From Acholeplasmataceae bacterium (GTDB taxonomy: Bacteria; Bacillota_I; Bacilli_A; Acholeplasmatales; Acholeplasmataceae), in NCBI GenBank assembly GCA_963667565.1, contig OY763415.1, positions 1,248,001-1,312,000 of the forward strand: a stretch of DNA of 64,000 bases, given 5' to 3'. The notes beneath the pieces are model-generated. The model saw only the letters and a list, made by a program, of their open reading frames with translations. It was not told where the DNA came from and made no database searches. The first letter of the stretch is position 1. Every line of letters starts with the position of its first letter. Made by a program: the position numbers and the translations under genes. Below, one piece after another: positions 45,851 to 56,652 of the stretch.

Positions 45851-48800
45851 TTACCCAAAATATTCAAGTATGTTTTCATACGCATCATTGAAGATAGATT
45901 TACGCAATGAAATGTACCCATCTCGATAAAGATTTTTTCCTAATTCGAACTCAACTTCTTTACCATTTAAAACCATGTGTTTTTGTTTTTGATTGAGATG
46001 ATAAACAATCTTTAGTGGTTTACCTTCATAAATGAGTTCAAAAGTCATTCCATCTAACTCATTGGGTAATTGTGGGTCAAGTAACATATGATCTTTATCA
46101 AATGATAAACCTAACATTTTTGCAACAACCTGGTGAACATAAATTCCAGGCCCACTTGAATAAACGCGCCAACCACCTTTAACTTCAATTTCACCCGTAA
46201 AGAGTTTATTAAAATCCTTCATTGCTTCATAGCGATTTAAGAATGCACCATCACTACTGGAAAAATAAGCATTTGCTTGTCTATATGATGCGTTTTTAAC
46301 AACGTCTTTAATCAAGATAGGATTAATTTTTAAAAGTCCATTCCATACCTCATCACCTAAACCATATTTAGCCATTGCTTCTACAAATCTTATATGTGCA
46401 TGGACATATTGAAGTCCAATTTCTCTACCAAAATTTGCAGATGTTTCAGCACGTTTGAAGTATGTATTGTCACCACCGTGATAATCTACTGTTCTATCCA
46501 TAAGTCTTACACCATCTGGATGATATAAGTTTTCTTTGATGACTTGATATAAATGATCTGCTTGATTTTTATCAAACATTTCAGAAATCAATCCACGATT
46601 CATGGGTAGTAATCGATATTTCATGTGTGTGACATCATCACTTGGATGGATAATATAACGAATATCCTCTTCACCAAAATGTAGAAATCCTGCAGGAACT
46701 TCATCTTTGATGACATATGTTTGATAATCAGATTGTATCAATGTAGCTTCTTCTTTTAAAAGTTTTGCAAATGTTAAATCTTTACTTTGAATCATACTTT
46801 CTAATAATTTGAAAGTCTCGAAAGTTAACGCTGTTGTCCAACCACTCACCATGCTTTTTCTAAGTGCTGGATTGGCTGGTTGCAACGTATCATCCCAATC
46901 ACCATCACCATAGCTTGATAAATGTGTATTAGGTATATAATGATTGATGATATGTGATACGGCTTTTTTGACATGATCAAGTAATGATACTTTTTCATCT
47001 GTATACTCACTACTGTCTAATAATGTATAACTTACTTTTTCATCTAAGATATCCATATCACCTGTTGCATGCAAATAAAGTGCTAAGCTTCTTAGTGGCC
47101 AAACAATAATATCTCCATGGCTTTCTTTAGCTTGAATGTGGAAATATTTATCAAACATAAACCACTGTGGCCAGTCACCATTTTCTATAAATTGGTGTTT
47201 ATAAACATCAATTAAAATCTTTTTGGCTTCATCATACTTGCCTAATGATAAGAAATATTCAAATGGTCCTTGGCATACATCTCTTGTCCCCCATGCTGCA
47301 CCACCAAATTGTTCAAGTCCATGTGGAGATTGATAATGTATAAGTGCATCATGTGTATACCAATACATAATCGTATTAAATTTATCAACTTCTTGAGCTT
47401 TTTTATGATTTTGATCAATTGATAAGTTAAACCCATTAACGTTGTCACTATAAAATGAAATAAATTTTTGTTTTTCTTGCTCAAAATTCATATGGTTGAG
47501 TACATGTTTTTCATCAAGCGATGAGAACATGTTAATTTCAACTTGACTATCTTCAATTTCAATGATGAAAAGAGAATCTTCCACCATGTCTTCTAATGGT
47601 TTTTCTATTTCACGACCTAAAACATTAATTTCAAATTTAATGTTTGGATATGTATGCTTCATCATGACATGATCTACTGGATGAAAGATGTAACCTAAAT
47701 TTGTTTTATTAACGATAAAATCGTGATCCAATTCTTCATTACCCATAGTGATTTGTTGTGTGATAAGCATTTGATACGTATATCCTAGTTGACTCTTTAT
47801 CACTAAATTTAATTGATTTCCACTAAATTCAGTAAAAGAAACGATTTCTAGTAAATCATCGTTAATTTTATAAATCCATTTAGCATAGTTAAATCCCATT
47901 TCATAAACTGCAGGCATGCCAAGTAATTGATATTGACCATCAATTTTTACAAATATTCTTTGTCCATTTGTTCTTTGCATGTTAAGCATGTTTCTCGTGT
48001 TTGATATAAATTTATTAAATGACGTGTTACCTAAAACAACTTGCGAGTTAAAAACACCAGCCATAAAACTTGTGCTTGCGAGTTTTTCTTCTTTAATATC
48101 ATGACTATCACCATTTAAAATAATATGTCCATGCATTCTTTCAACAACACGTTCTTTTGATTGAAGAACTACATGCTCATGGTTTTGACCAAAAAAAGAT
48201 AAAAGCTCTTTTTCATGATATTCTTCAAATCGTCTATGTTGATATAACTGATCAATCTCTTTTTTTAATAATGGTTCACTTGTGAATAAGATATTCGTAT
48301 CACATAACACTTCCACTTTATCAAGGGTTATATCATTTTTCATATCATGATCAAGACTTGCATAAGTTTCTTTTACTTCATCAAAAAATTCCAGTGCTTT
48401 AATTGATCCTAAATGTTTAGGGTTAAAGTAACCATAGAAAGTCACCTTTTGATTTTCCAAAATCATTTCTGATTGAAGCGATGCACATGCAAATTCATAT
48501 TGATAAATCTCATTAGGCAACTTTTCTTTTAACATTTGAACTGGTGTATCATTAAATTTATAGTCAAGTCCAAAAAATTGATAACCATCTGTTGCATATC
48601 CGATAGTATTGGTTAAAGATCCAATTTGAAGATATTCATCATCTCCTTGGTTTTGTTTAGAACAAATACTATATCCTTGTGCATGCTTAAACACTTTATG
48701 GTCAATATATTGAGAATTGTAAGCTTCATTATTTCTAATGCCACCACCATGTTTTATCCCAATATCTTGAACATAAAAAACTTCAATTTCTTTTTGATTT

Positions 48801-49129
48801 TGATCAAATGTGACATCTATAAACCACATATGATCAAGCACTGTTATCTTAACTTCATATGTAACGCCTTCAAAATCACCTTGATAGATAAGATGATTCT
48901 CATCATATGAAGTCGTAGAATTGCCTATGACTTTCATCCATTGATAGATACCATCTTTTTTCGTTCTTAAATATATATTTGAAAACATGATATCTTGATC
49001 TGTAACTCTTAATTGATTAATCATTTTTTGATCATAAGTGATTTGATGTATTTTACCTGTTTTTAGTAAATGAAATTTAAGTTTACCTAAACCTACAGGT
49101 ATCGTTTCGACTTTAGGATTGATATTCAT
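45851..49129 (-). CDS. GH94 1,2-beta-oligoglucan phosphorylase (SOGP-like)
   Basis: 1092 aa; NNEAYNSQYIDH, HYQSPHGLEQFGGAAWGTRDVCQGP, WPQWFMFD, YGDGDWDDTLQPA, ANFGREIGLQYVHAHIR, GGWRVYSSGPG, recalled as matching the Listeria Lin1839-type group. Confidence 0.85.
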   Translation of the reverse strand: MNINPKVETIPVGLGKLKFHLLKTGKIHQITYDQKMINQLRVTDQDIMFSNIYLRTKKDGIYQWMKVIGNSTTSYDENHLIYQGDFEGVTYEVKITVLDHMWFIDVTFDQNQKEIEVFYVQDIGIKHGGGIRNNEAYNSQYIDHKVFKHAQGYSICSKQNQGDDEYLQIGSLTNTIGYATDGYQFFGLDYKFNDTPVQMLKEKLPNEIYQYEFACASLQSEMILENQKVTFYGYFNPKHLGSIKALEFFDEVKETYASLDHDMKNDITLDKVEVLCDTNILFTSEPLLKKEIDQLYQHRRFEEYHEKELLSFFGQNHEHVVLQSKERVVERMHGHIILNGDSHDIKEEKLASTSFMAGVFNSQVVLGNTSFNKFISNTRNMLNMQRTNGQRIFVKIDGQYQLLGMPAVYEMGFNYAKWIYKINDDLLEIVSFTEFSGNQLNLVIKSQLGYTYQMLITQQITMGNEELDHDFIVNKTNLGYIFHPVDHVMMKHTYPNIKFEINVLGREIEKPLEDMVEDSLFIIEIEDSQVEINMFSSLDEKHVLNHMNFEQEKQKFISFYSDNVNGFNLSIDQNHKKAQEVDKFNTIMYWYTHDALIHYQSPHGLEQFGGAAWGTRDVCQGPFEYFLSLGKYDEAKKILIDVYKHQFIENGDWPQWFMFDKYFHIQAKESHGDIIVWPLRSLALYLHATGDMDILDEKVSYTLLDSSEYTDEKVSLLDHVKKAVSHIINHYIPNTHLSSYGDGDWDDTLQPANPALRKSMVSGWTTALTFETFKLLESMIQSKDLTFAKLLKEEATLIQSDYQTYVIKDEVPAGFLHFGEEDIRYIIHPSDDVTHMKYRLLPMNRGLISEMFDKNQADHLYQVIKENLYHPDGVRLMDRTVDYHGGDNTYFKRAETSANFGREIGLQYVHAHIRFVEAMAKYGLGDEVWNGLLKINPILIKDVVKNASYRQANAYFSSSDGAFLNRYEAMKDFNKLFTGEIEVKGGWRVYSSGPGIYVHQVVAKMLGLSFDKDHMLLDPQLPNELDGMTFELIYEGKPLKIVYHLNQKQKHMVLNGKEVEFELGKNLYRDGYISLRKSIFNDAYENILEYFG

Positions 49130-51273
49130 TATTTCACCTCTGACTTCAGTTTTATCTGCTGTTCTTCTATGATTTCTTCTGCATTGCTTGCGAGTTTAAA
49201 CTTATAAGTTCTATGTTCATGCGTAAAAACCATATCTTTGTTATAATATCTGAGCTCATCTTCATGGATTGCAAAAGATATGTGTTTTATTTCATGAGCA
49301 TCAAGTCCAACTTTTTCAAAATATTTAAGTTCATTGACTGGGCGAGTGACTGAAAAACTCATCGCTTCAATATACACTTGAATAATTTCAAATCCAAAAA
49401 CATCTGATGTATTTGTTAAATCAAATGACACATGAATTTGATTTTGATCATATGTAAACTTGACATTTTTATACTCAAATTGAGCATAACTTAATCCAAA
49501 CCCAAATGGATATAAAGGCTCATTTGTACAATCTAAATATCTAGATGCATAATGATTGTTTGGGTTATGAATTAAATCAAGTGGTCTACCTGTTTTCATA
49601 TGATTATAATAAATAGGAATTTGTCCTATGGCTTTAGGAAATGTCATCGCAAGTCTTGCTGAAGGATTATATGTTCCTAAAAGGATAGCACTTAGTGCAT
49701 CACCTGTTTCTGTTCCTAAAAACCATGCATATAAAATTGAATCTAAATAGGGTTCAATTTCTGTTAATACAAGTGGTCTACCTGCAAAAACAACACCGAC
49801 AACTTTCTTGCCTATAGCATTCAGTTGTTTAGCAAGTTCTACTTGTGATTTTTCAACATTAATATTGGTTTTACTATGTGCCTCACCAGATTCCCACTGA
49901 TGTTCACCTAATGTTAATATCACTACATCAACGTCTTTAGCTTCAAATAGGATATCATCAATCATTTCTTTTTCGATATCTTTTAAAGGCGTTTCGTAAA
50001 CCTTTACTTGATCAAATGTTTTTTCTAATCCTTGATCAAATGTTATACAATCTTCATTTCTAACTTTGCCTCCCCAAGGGCCTACTAAATGATCGGTTTT
50101 CGCAAACGGTCCAGTAAGGAGTATATGATGATGTTTATTAAGTGGTAAAACATCATTGTTTTTCAACATTACAATAGATGCTTTTGCCATTTCTAAACTT
50201 TGTTTTCTACTTTCTTCTAATAAACAGTAGTTTTCAAAATCGGTAAAAATGTTTTTAAATGGTTCATTAAATAATCCAAGTTCATATTTAAGCGTAAGTA
50301 CTCTTTCGCAAGCTTCATCAATGAAATCTTTAATCACTTGATTTTCGCTTGATAAAGACTTTAACTCATCTAAATATGTTGTTGAGATAAGTTCAATGTC
50401 TAAACCTGCTTCTAAACACATCTTAGCAACTTCTTTTTTTGTGTCAGCAACTTTATGGTTCATAATTTCTTCTGAAGAAGTGTAATCTGAAATCGTAACA
50501 CCCCTAAACTTTAATTCATCTCTTAATACATCCCTAAGTAAATATTGATTTGCTGTTATCGGAATATCATCATAAACATTAAATGCAGTCATCACCATTT
50601 TAGCTCCAGCTTTAATACCTGCTTCAAATGGTTTTAAATAAACTTGTTTTAGCATGCGTTTTGAAATGTCGACATGATTATATTCACGACCAGCTTCGCT
50701 TGCACCATATCCAACAAAATGTTTAAGACAAGCGCCTACATGATTTTCGTCAATTGACCCCTCACCTTGCCAACCTTTAATGTAGGCGTCTGCCATTTTT
50801 TCTGCTAAGTATGGATCTTCACCTGGACTTTCAACGACTCGACCCCATCTTGGATCTCTAACGATATCAAGCATTGGTGCAAGTGTGACATGTGTTCCGC
50901 TATGACTTGTTTCATATGCAATGACATCAAAACTTTCTTTGACCAATTTAGGATCAAAGCTTCCCGCTAATGCAAGATTCACAGGAAATCCTGTACGACA
51001 TCCATGAATGATATCATTATCTAAAAGTAATGGAATACCGAGTCTTGATTGATTAACTGCAAGTTTTTGCAATTTAAGTGTAACTTCATTATCATATGGA
51101 CCAATCAGTGAACCTACTTTACCTTCTTTGATTAATTTAGACAAATCATTTTGCTCAAAAGCAGGACCATAGTCAAATTCACCCATGATCGCTGTCTGAT
51201 AGAGTTGCCCAATTTTTTCTTCTATTGTCATTTTGTTTAAGAGTTCATGGACGAACTTTTGCTTTTGATCCAT
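49129..51273 (-). CDS. Cytoplasmic GH3 beta-glucosidase (BglX/Lin1840-like)
   Basis: EKIGQL, SRLGIPLL..DIIHG, RDPRWGRVVESPGEDP, KHFVGYG..EAGREYN, ISDY, SGEA, PLYPFGFGLSY. Confidence 0.92.
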   Translation of the reverse strand: MDQKQKFVHELLNKMTIEEKIGQLYQTAIMGEFDYGPAFEQNDLSKLIKEGKVGSLIGPYDNEVTLKLQKLAVNQSRLGIPLLLDNDIIHGCRTGFPVNLALAGSFDPKLVKESFDVIAYETSHSGTHVTLAPMLDIVRDPRWGRVVESPGEDPYLAEKMADAYIKGWQGEGSIDENHVGACLKHFVGYGASEAGREYNHVDISKRMLKQVYLKPFEAGIKAGAKMVMTAFNVYDDIPITANQYLLRDVLRDELKFRGVTISDYTSSEEIMNHKVADTKKEVAKMCLEAGLDIELISTTYLDELKSLSSENQVIKDFIDEACERVLTLKYELGLFNEPFKNIFTDFENYCLLEESRKQSLEMAKASIVMLKNNDVLPLNKHHHILLTGPFAKTDHLVGPWGGKVRNEDCITFDQGLEKTFDQVKVYETPLKDIEKEMIDDILFEAKDVDVVILTLGEHQWESGEAHSKTNINVEKSQVELAKQLNAIGKKVVGVVFAGRPLVLTEIEPYLDSILYAWFLGTETGDALSAILLGTYNPSARLAMTFPKAIGQIPIYYNHMKTGRPLDLIHNPNNHYASRYLDCTNEPLYPFGFGLSYAQFEYKNVKFTYDQNQIHVSFDLTNTSDVFGFEIIQVYIEAMSFSVTRPVNELKYFEKVGLDAHEIKHISFAIHEDELRYYNKDMVFTHEHRTYKFKLASNAEEIIEEQQIKLKSEVK

Positions 51274-51288
51274 ATTAAATACCTCTAA

Positions 51289-52599
51289 TTATTCCTCTGT
51301 AGTTGTTTCTATTTTTTGAATACCTATAACTGATAAACCATTTTGGACATATGTATTTTGCATAAAATAGTCCCAAACAGTGTTGTCAAAATAATTGGCA
51401 ATCATGAGCATTGTAATACCTTTATCAATACCAATGACATCGCCTGCAATCCATGGTGTTGTTTCTTCAAAATTATATGCATCTTTATAACCATAAGTGC
51501 CTTTTAATCCACCTACTGCATCAAAAAATTGAACAGATGCTTTGACATAATCAGGAACAAAGACGACACTTCCAAGTGCACCAGCAGGTGCAATCGTTCC
51601 ATCGTTACGGTGTGCATCATCAGTTGTGCCACTTGGTACTGATCCATAATATCCACTATATCCATTTGGACCATCACTTGCTGTCATACCCCATGATGTT
51701 GAAGTGAAAGTTTGATAATATTGATGCATGTCAATCGCATACTGTCTATTAGCAATTGATGCATTAACACTGTTTTCAAACCAATTAACACCTGTGGCAT
51801 CTTCAGTATCTCTAAAATCGATAAATGCATGTGAGAATTGATAAGTAAATAAGCTTCCGAACCAACTACTAATAAATGGTTCCCCTTTATAGCTTGAAAC
51901 TCTTCTAGTAAATGAACTATATTCTTGTAATCCAGTACGGTATGCTTCATTTGGCGCACCAGCACCTAAAACATATAAAATAAGTTGTTCTCCATACCAG
52001 TTCCAAGCACCTGCAAAACCACTTTCAGGTCTATAGCCCATATAGAATTGATGCGTTGATTGATTTAAATACCATTGCCAATCAACTTGTGCATAAAGTG
52101 TTTCAGCTTTTGTTTTTACATCTCCACCAAAATATTCACCTGCAACAATAGCGCCGGCAAATAAAAATGCAGAGTCAATAATTGAAACTTCTGAAGTTCC
52201 AGATCTTTCACCTGTTTCTTTATTTAAGAAGTGATAGAAAAATCCATGATAATTAACCATATTAAGGAACGTATCTAATGTTTTACTTGCTCTTTCATAC
52301 CCTTGATCGAAAGTAATAAATTCATAATCGACACCAATAGGTAATCCAGCAAGCCCAAATCCAACACTTGCAATACTTGCTAATGTTGAATTTGATGGGT
52401 AGCGGTCATTGATTAAACCATATCCGCCACTTTCTTCATCTGTATTTGCTTGTTCATAGAAAAAGTTAAAACTGTTTTCCATTTCTGCCAGTAAAAGTAA
52501 TTCTGCATCATCATAAACTCTTGGTGGATCAACTTCTTCTTTATTGCAACCCACTAGAATTAAAGATATAAGCATAAATAATATCACTAATTTTTTCAT
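51289..52599 (-). CDS. Lipoprotein endo-beta-1,2-glucanase (GH144)
   Basis: Lipobox LVGC from ATG 52599; SIASVGFGL, GFFYHF, EVSIIDSA, YGEQLILYVL, LFTYQFSHAFIDFR, WGMTASDGP, DGTIAP, YGYKDAYN, IGIDKG. Confidence 0.85.
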   Translation of the reverse strand: MKKLVILFMLISLILVGCNKEEVDPPRVYDDAELLLLAEMENSFNFFYEQANTDEESGGYGLINDRYPSNSTLASIASVGFGLAGLPIGVDYEFITFDQGYERASKTLDTFLNMVNYHGFFYHFLNKETGERSGTSEVSIIDSAFLFAGAIVAGEYFGGDVKTKAETLYAQVDWQWYLNQSTHQFYMGYRPESGFAGAWNWYGEQLILYVLGAGAPNEAYRTGLQEYSSFTRRVSSYKGEPFISSWFGSLFTYQFSHAFIDFRDTEDATGVNWFENSVNASIANRQYAIDMHQYYQTFTSTSWGMTASDGPNGYSGYYGSVPSGTTDDAHRNDGTIAPAGALGSVVFVPDYVKASVQFFDAVGGLKGTYGYKDAYNFEETTPWIAGDVIGIDKGITMLMIANYFDNTVWDYFMQNTYVQNGLSVIGIQKIETTTEE

Positions 52600-52600
52600 C

Positions 52601-54481
52601 TTATTCTCCCGTAATACCTGATCTATCAACACTTTCGACAAACCATTTTTGTAAACCAAAGTATAACAATAACAATGGTAATATACTAATTAATGTTCCT
52701 GCCATATAAATGGCTTCATTAAGTCTATCAACATATCCTTCACCATTTGGATCCACATCACCAAACTGTTCTCTAAACGATGCAGCAAATCTCGATAACT
52801 GAATTGGAAGGGTTCTAGCGCCATCAATATATAAACTAGTTAAATATGTTTCATTCCAATACCATACGAAACTAAACAAGAAAACAACAACAACTGCAGG
52901 AATAGCTAGCGGTAAACTCACTTTAAAGAATACGCGCATAGGTCCAGCACCATCAACTCTTGCAGCTTCATCTAATACTTTTGGAATCGTTGAGAAAAAC
53001 TGATAGAAAATCATAATAAATATCGTACTCTTAATCCCTTGACCAAAGAGTGCAGGATAAATAAATGCGCCAATATTTCCTAAAATACCTAAATCTCTAT
53101 ACATCAAATATGTCGGTATCATTAATACAGGTGCAGGAACGATAAATGTCATTAAAATTAATACGATAACTAATTTTTTAAGTGGGAATTCAAATCTTGC
53201 AAGACCATACCCAATCAGAGCTGTTGATATCACTTGAGCAACTGCAGGAAAAAAGGCAATTTTAATACTTTCAATCAGTGCATTTCCAAATCCAATAGTG
53301 ATATATGCTTTGACAAAGTTATCAAAATAGAGTGTTGATGGAATAAGTCCAACTGTTGAATCAATAATATCTTCTGGCGATTGTAATGATGTAAGTGCTA
53401 AATAAATAAATGGATATAAGAACGTAAATCCTACCGAGATGATTAAGATATAAATAAACGTTCTAAAAATAATACCATCAGTTCCTTTTCGACCTACTAC
53501 TTTTCTTCTAATCTTTTGTGCTTTCGGATATTTTGCAAATATATTTGTCTTTTCTTTATATCTTGTCATATCGAAATAGTAATTATTACGATCAAGGACG
53601 ATTTTACCTTGATGTTTTCTTACTGCGAAGAATAAATATAAAATAAGGACTAGTAGTGCAATCACGATAAAATATATCCATACAAGTGCTGCTGAGAATC
53701 CAAATCCAGATCCCTCACCACCAGCCTGGAACATATATTCTTTAATTAAAACAATAATTGGATTATTAGAAAAACCAGCCAACATGACAAGTGTATAAAT
53801 CATGTTAATTAAAATAATAGGCTTTAAGAATGGTAGTGTGACTTTCCAAAATTGCTCCCAAGGACTTGCTCCATCAATCTCTGATGCTTCATAAACTTCC
53901 TTATTCATCTTTTGAAGCATAACCAAATTAACGATAATTTGTACACCACTAAACCAAAACATATAAATTAAGTTATTAAACACATTTAAAATAATCGAAC
54001 CAAATCCATCACCAAAGATAGATGTGAAGATTTGAATGACTTGATAGTTACTAATACCTGGTAAGATAATCGCATCATTATTAAGCAATTCTGTAATGAC
54101 TGGACCTGATACAATTACTACTGGTAAAAAGAATACAGTTCTAAAGAAACCTTTAGCTTTAATGTTCATATTTAAGATCATCGCGAAAATGAGTGCGAAC
54201 ACATTAATAATGACTGTCATGAGCATCGCATCTTTAATAAAAGACCATAATTCCAATATCATGATTCTATCTACAGCAAAGGCATATTGATAATTTGAGA
54301 ATCCAACAAAGGTAAGTTCAATACCTGATGATGGAATCATAACAATATTAAGAGATAAGAAAAATGAATAGATAATTGGATAAAAAGTGAAGATTAAAAA
54401 TCCAATGATCCAAGATGAAATAAACATGAGTCCAAGTAACGCTTCTCTTCCTTTATAACTTACTCTAAATTTCTTTTTCAT
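52601..54481 (-). CDS. Fused MalF+MalG type carbohydrate ABC permease
   Basis: Two permease domains, each with an EAA loop (YEASEIDGA, LDEAARVDGA), joined by a basic linker. Confidence 0.88.
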   Translation of the reverse strand: MKKKFRVSYKGREALLGLMFISSWIIGFLIFTFYPIIYSFFLSLNIVMIPSSGIELTFVGFSNYQYAFAVDRIMILELWSFIKDAMLMTVIINVFALIFAMILNMNIKAKGFFRTVFFLPVVIVSGPVITELLNNDAIILPGISNYQVIQIFTSIFGDGFGSIILNVFNNLIYMFWFSGVQIIVNLVMLQKMNKEVYEASEIDGASPWEQFWKVTLPFLKPIILINMIYTLVMLAGFSNNPIIVLIKEYMFQAGGEGSGFGFSAALVWIYFIVIALLVLILYLFFAVRKHQGKIVLDRNNYYFDMTRYKEKTNIFAKYPKAQKIRRKVVGRKGTDGIIFRTFIYILIISVGFTFLYPFIYLALTSLQSPEDIIDSTVGLIPSTLYFDNFVKAYITIGFGNALIESIKIAFFPAVAQVISTALIGYGLARFEFPLKKLVIVLILMTFIVPAPVLMIPTYLMYRDLGILGNIGAFIYPALFGQGIKSTIFIMIFYQFFSTIPKVLDEAARVDGAGPMRVFFKVSLPLAIPAVVVVFLFSFVWYWNETYLTSLYIDGARTLPIQLSRFAASFREQFGDVDPNGEGYVDRLNEAIYMAGTLISILPLLLLYFGLQKWFVESVDRSGITGE

Positions 54482-56652
54482 ACGTGTGTCACCTCGATTG
54501 CTTGAGCACTCATAGGATCCACATTGATAAAGCTATTTGAATACATGTGATCTGTGTAGTTAACAAAAACACTATATCCATTTGCATAATCAACTCTAAC
54601 GACACCTACTTCTAATATTTCTCTATTAACGATTTGTTCACCAATGACATGTTCTAAAGCACTAAATGCTTTTTCATATGTATCTGTCATGTAGTAATCA
54701 AGATTTCCATAGTATGTCGCATATAAATCACTATTCATCGTATTTGTTAATAAATGAGATGGTTCTTTCGTAATCAAAAATGCAGGTTCAATACCATATT
54801 CAATCATTTTTAAAACATCAATGTGAATGTTAGATGAGAAATTTAAAAATTGTGAATATACTTCCATTGTTCCACTAAGTAGAATTTGTTCAAATGGAAC
54901 ACTATCTGTAAAGAATCTTGAGCGATTATGATAAAGCGAACTCATATAAAAACTAGATGCATTATCTAAATTATAGAAATCAGGACGATACATCGATAAT
55001 CTAGTGGTAAATAGATCATCATATTTTTGATATAAATCATTTCTTTGATAATTTTCGTTTGAATTTAGTTCATTTGATAAACCGTCTAATGCCATACCTC
55101 CGTAGGTTGATAATTTATTATAGGCATCATCAAAATGATCAAAAATGACATCCGGATCAGTAAAATAAGCATAATAATCGCCTCGACTATATCCAATTTG
55201 ATATTGAACTTTATTGATCATTTTTAGTGTAGTTGATGGAATTTTAGCTGAATAGCTAAATGTAATTGTTGGATCATAATAAAATTCAACATTTAAATCC
55301 TTAAGTTTCGAAACACTACCTAAACCCGAGTCAAATGTGTAGTTATCAAAGCTTCGATCTGAATAACTTCCATTATTATAACCTCTTAATGTATATTGAA
55401 TGTTTTCTACACCTTTAGAAGTTAAATCATTGTTGATGTTTAGTAAATCATCAACACTTGTCATCACATAATTATTTTTAAATAATAATCCTTGCTCATA
55501 ATCTTGCATAAGCACATCAACATGCATACCTAACGTTTGTGGTTTATATGCAGTATCTAATATATTTTCATTTAATAATTCTTGTTTGAATTGATTTGCA
55601 AAACCGATATAATTTGCATCATTTCCATCAAGAATTGTGTATTGTATTTTTGGACTATAATTCTTAATTTCAGCATCATATATCGTTACATTTTCTGTTC
55701 CTGATAGTGGTTGGATATAGTTTTCTCTCATTAAGAAAACAACATTTTGTGAATGAAATTCTGTTTGATATGTTGGTGGTGTATAAACATATTCAGCATA
55801 TTCAGCACCATTTAAAATTCTTGTGAATAGCGCATTTTGATTTACACCTTCAACAACACCAAACACAGGATAATTAAGCGCAGTTTCTTCTCTTAATATT
55901 TGTCTATACTTATCTTGTGAATAAAATCTAGCACGATAAACGTTATTAATTGATGATGATGCACTAAAGCGCACTAAAGCTCCATTACCAGATGGAATAA
56001 AGTAGTAACCAGGAACATCATCACTATATACAGTTCCAAAAAACTCATATAGATAGAGTTTAGTTAATCGATTGTCTCCATATTCATTAATTGAATCTCT
56101 TAATATTTCAAAAGTAATATCTTTACCATCAATAGAAATGGTGAAATCCAATGAAATCATTTCAACAATGAAATCAATATGAGCAATCACTTGATCGCCA
56201 ACAATATCATAAGATGTTACAGCATTTTCATTACTTCTACGTTTGAGTATAGATGATGTAATGGTTATGTTTGTATCATTTAAATAATCAATCGTAAGTG
56301 CTGATTGAATACGTCTTATCCAAGCGCCAGTCAATTCATAATCACTTAGATTAGCTAGATCGCTAGCCCAATAAAATCCACTGGTCTTATTATAGATACG
56401 TAGTGCTAAACCAACTGGATTAAGAAAGACTTGCATGTCATCGTTTTCTAAGACTAAATCAAATCCTGTCATATCAAGAGCTGCTTGATTATATACCTCA
56501 TAATCTTCTTTGTGTGTAAAAAGATTCGATTCAAGAAGTGTTTGTGTTGTACCTTCTAAAAAAGTATATGGATCATCAGTAGCTGCGAGCGCACCTTGTG
56601 AAAACATGAATGCTAATAATGCAGTCATTAACATTAAATAGAACTTTTTCAT
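54478..56652 (-). CDS. Secreted DUF5696-like protein
   Basis: Signal peptide; GYYFIPSGNGAL, YPVFG, ANYIGFA, VPFEQILLSG...YS..LN, LKMIEYG..PAF, GVVRVDYANG..VFVNY. Confidence 0.7.
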   Translation of the reverse strand: MKKFYLMLMTALLAFMFSQGALAATDDPYTFLEGTTQTLLESNLFTHKEDYEVYNQAALDMTGFDLVLENDDMQVFLNPVGLALRIYNKTSGFYWASDLANLSDYELTGAWIRRIQSALTIDYLNDTNITITSSILKRRSNENAVTSYDIVGDQVIAHIDFIVEMISLDFTISIDGKDITFEILRDSINEYGDNRLTKLYLYEFFGTVYSDDVPGYYFIPSGNGALVRFSASSSINNVYRARFYSQDKYRQILREETALNYPVFGVVEGVNQNALFTRILNGAEYAEYVYTPPTYQTEFHSQNVVFLMRENYIQPLSGTENVTIYDAEIKNYSPKIQYTILDGNDANYIGFANQFKQELLNENILDTAYKPQTLGMHVDVLMQDYEQGLLFKNNYVMTSVDDLLNINNDLTSKGVENIQYTLRGYNNGSYSDRSFDNYTFDSGLGSVSKLKDLNVEFYYDPTITFSYSAKIPSTTLKMINKVQYQIGYSRGDYYAYFTDPDVIFDHFDDAYNKLSTYGGMALDGLSNELNSNENYQRNDLYQKYDDLFTTRLSMYRPDFYNLDNASSFYMSSLYHNRSRFFTDSVPFEQILLSGTMEVYSQFLNFSSNIHIDVLKMIEYGIEPAFLITKEPSHLLTNTMNSDLYATYYGNLDYYMTDTYEKAFSALEHVIGEQIVNREILEVGVVRVDYANGYSVFVNYTDHMYSNSFINVDPMSAQAIEVTHV

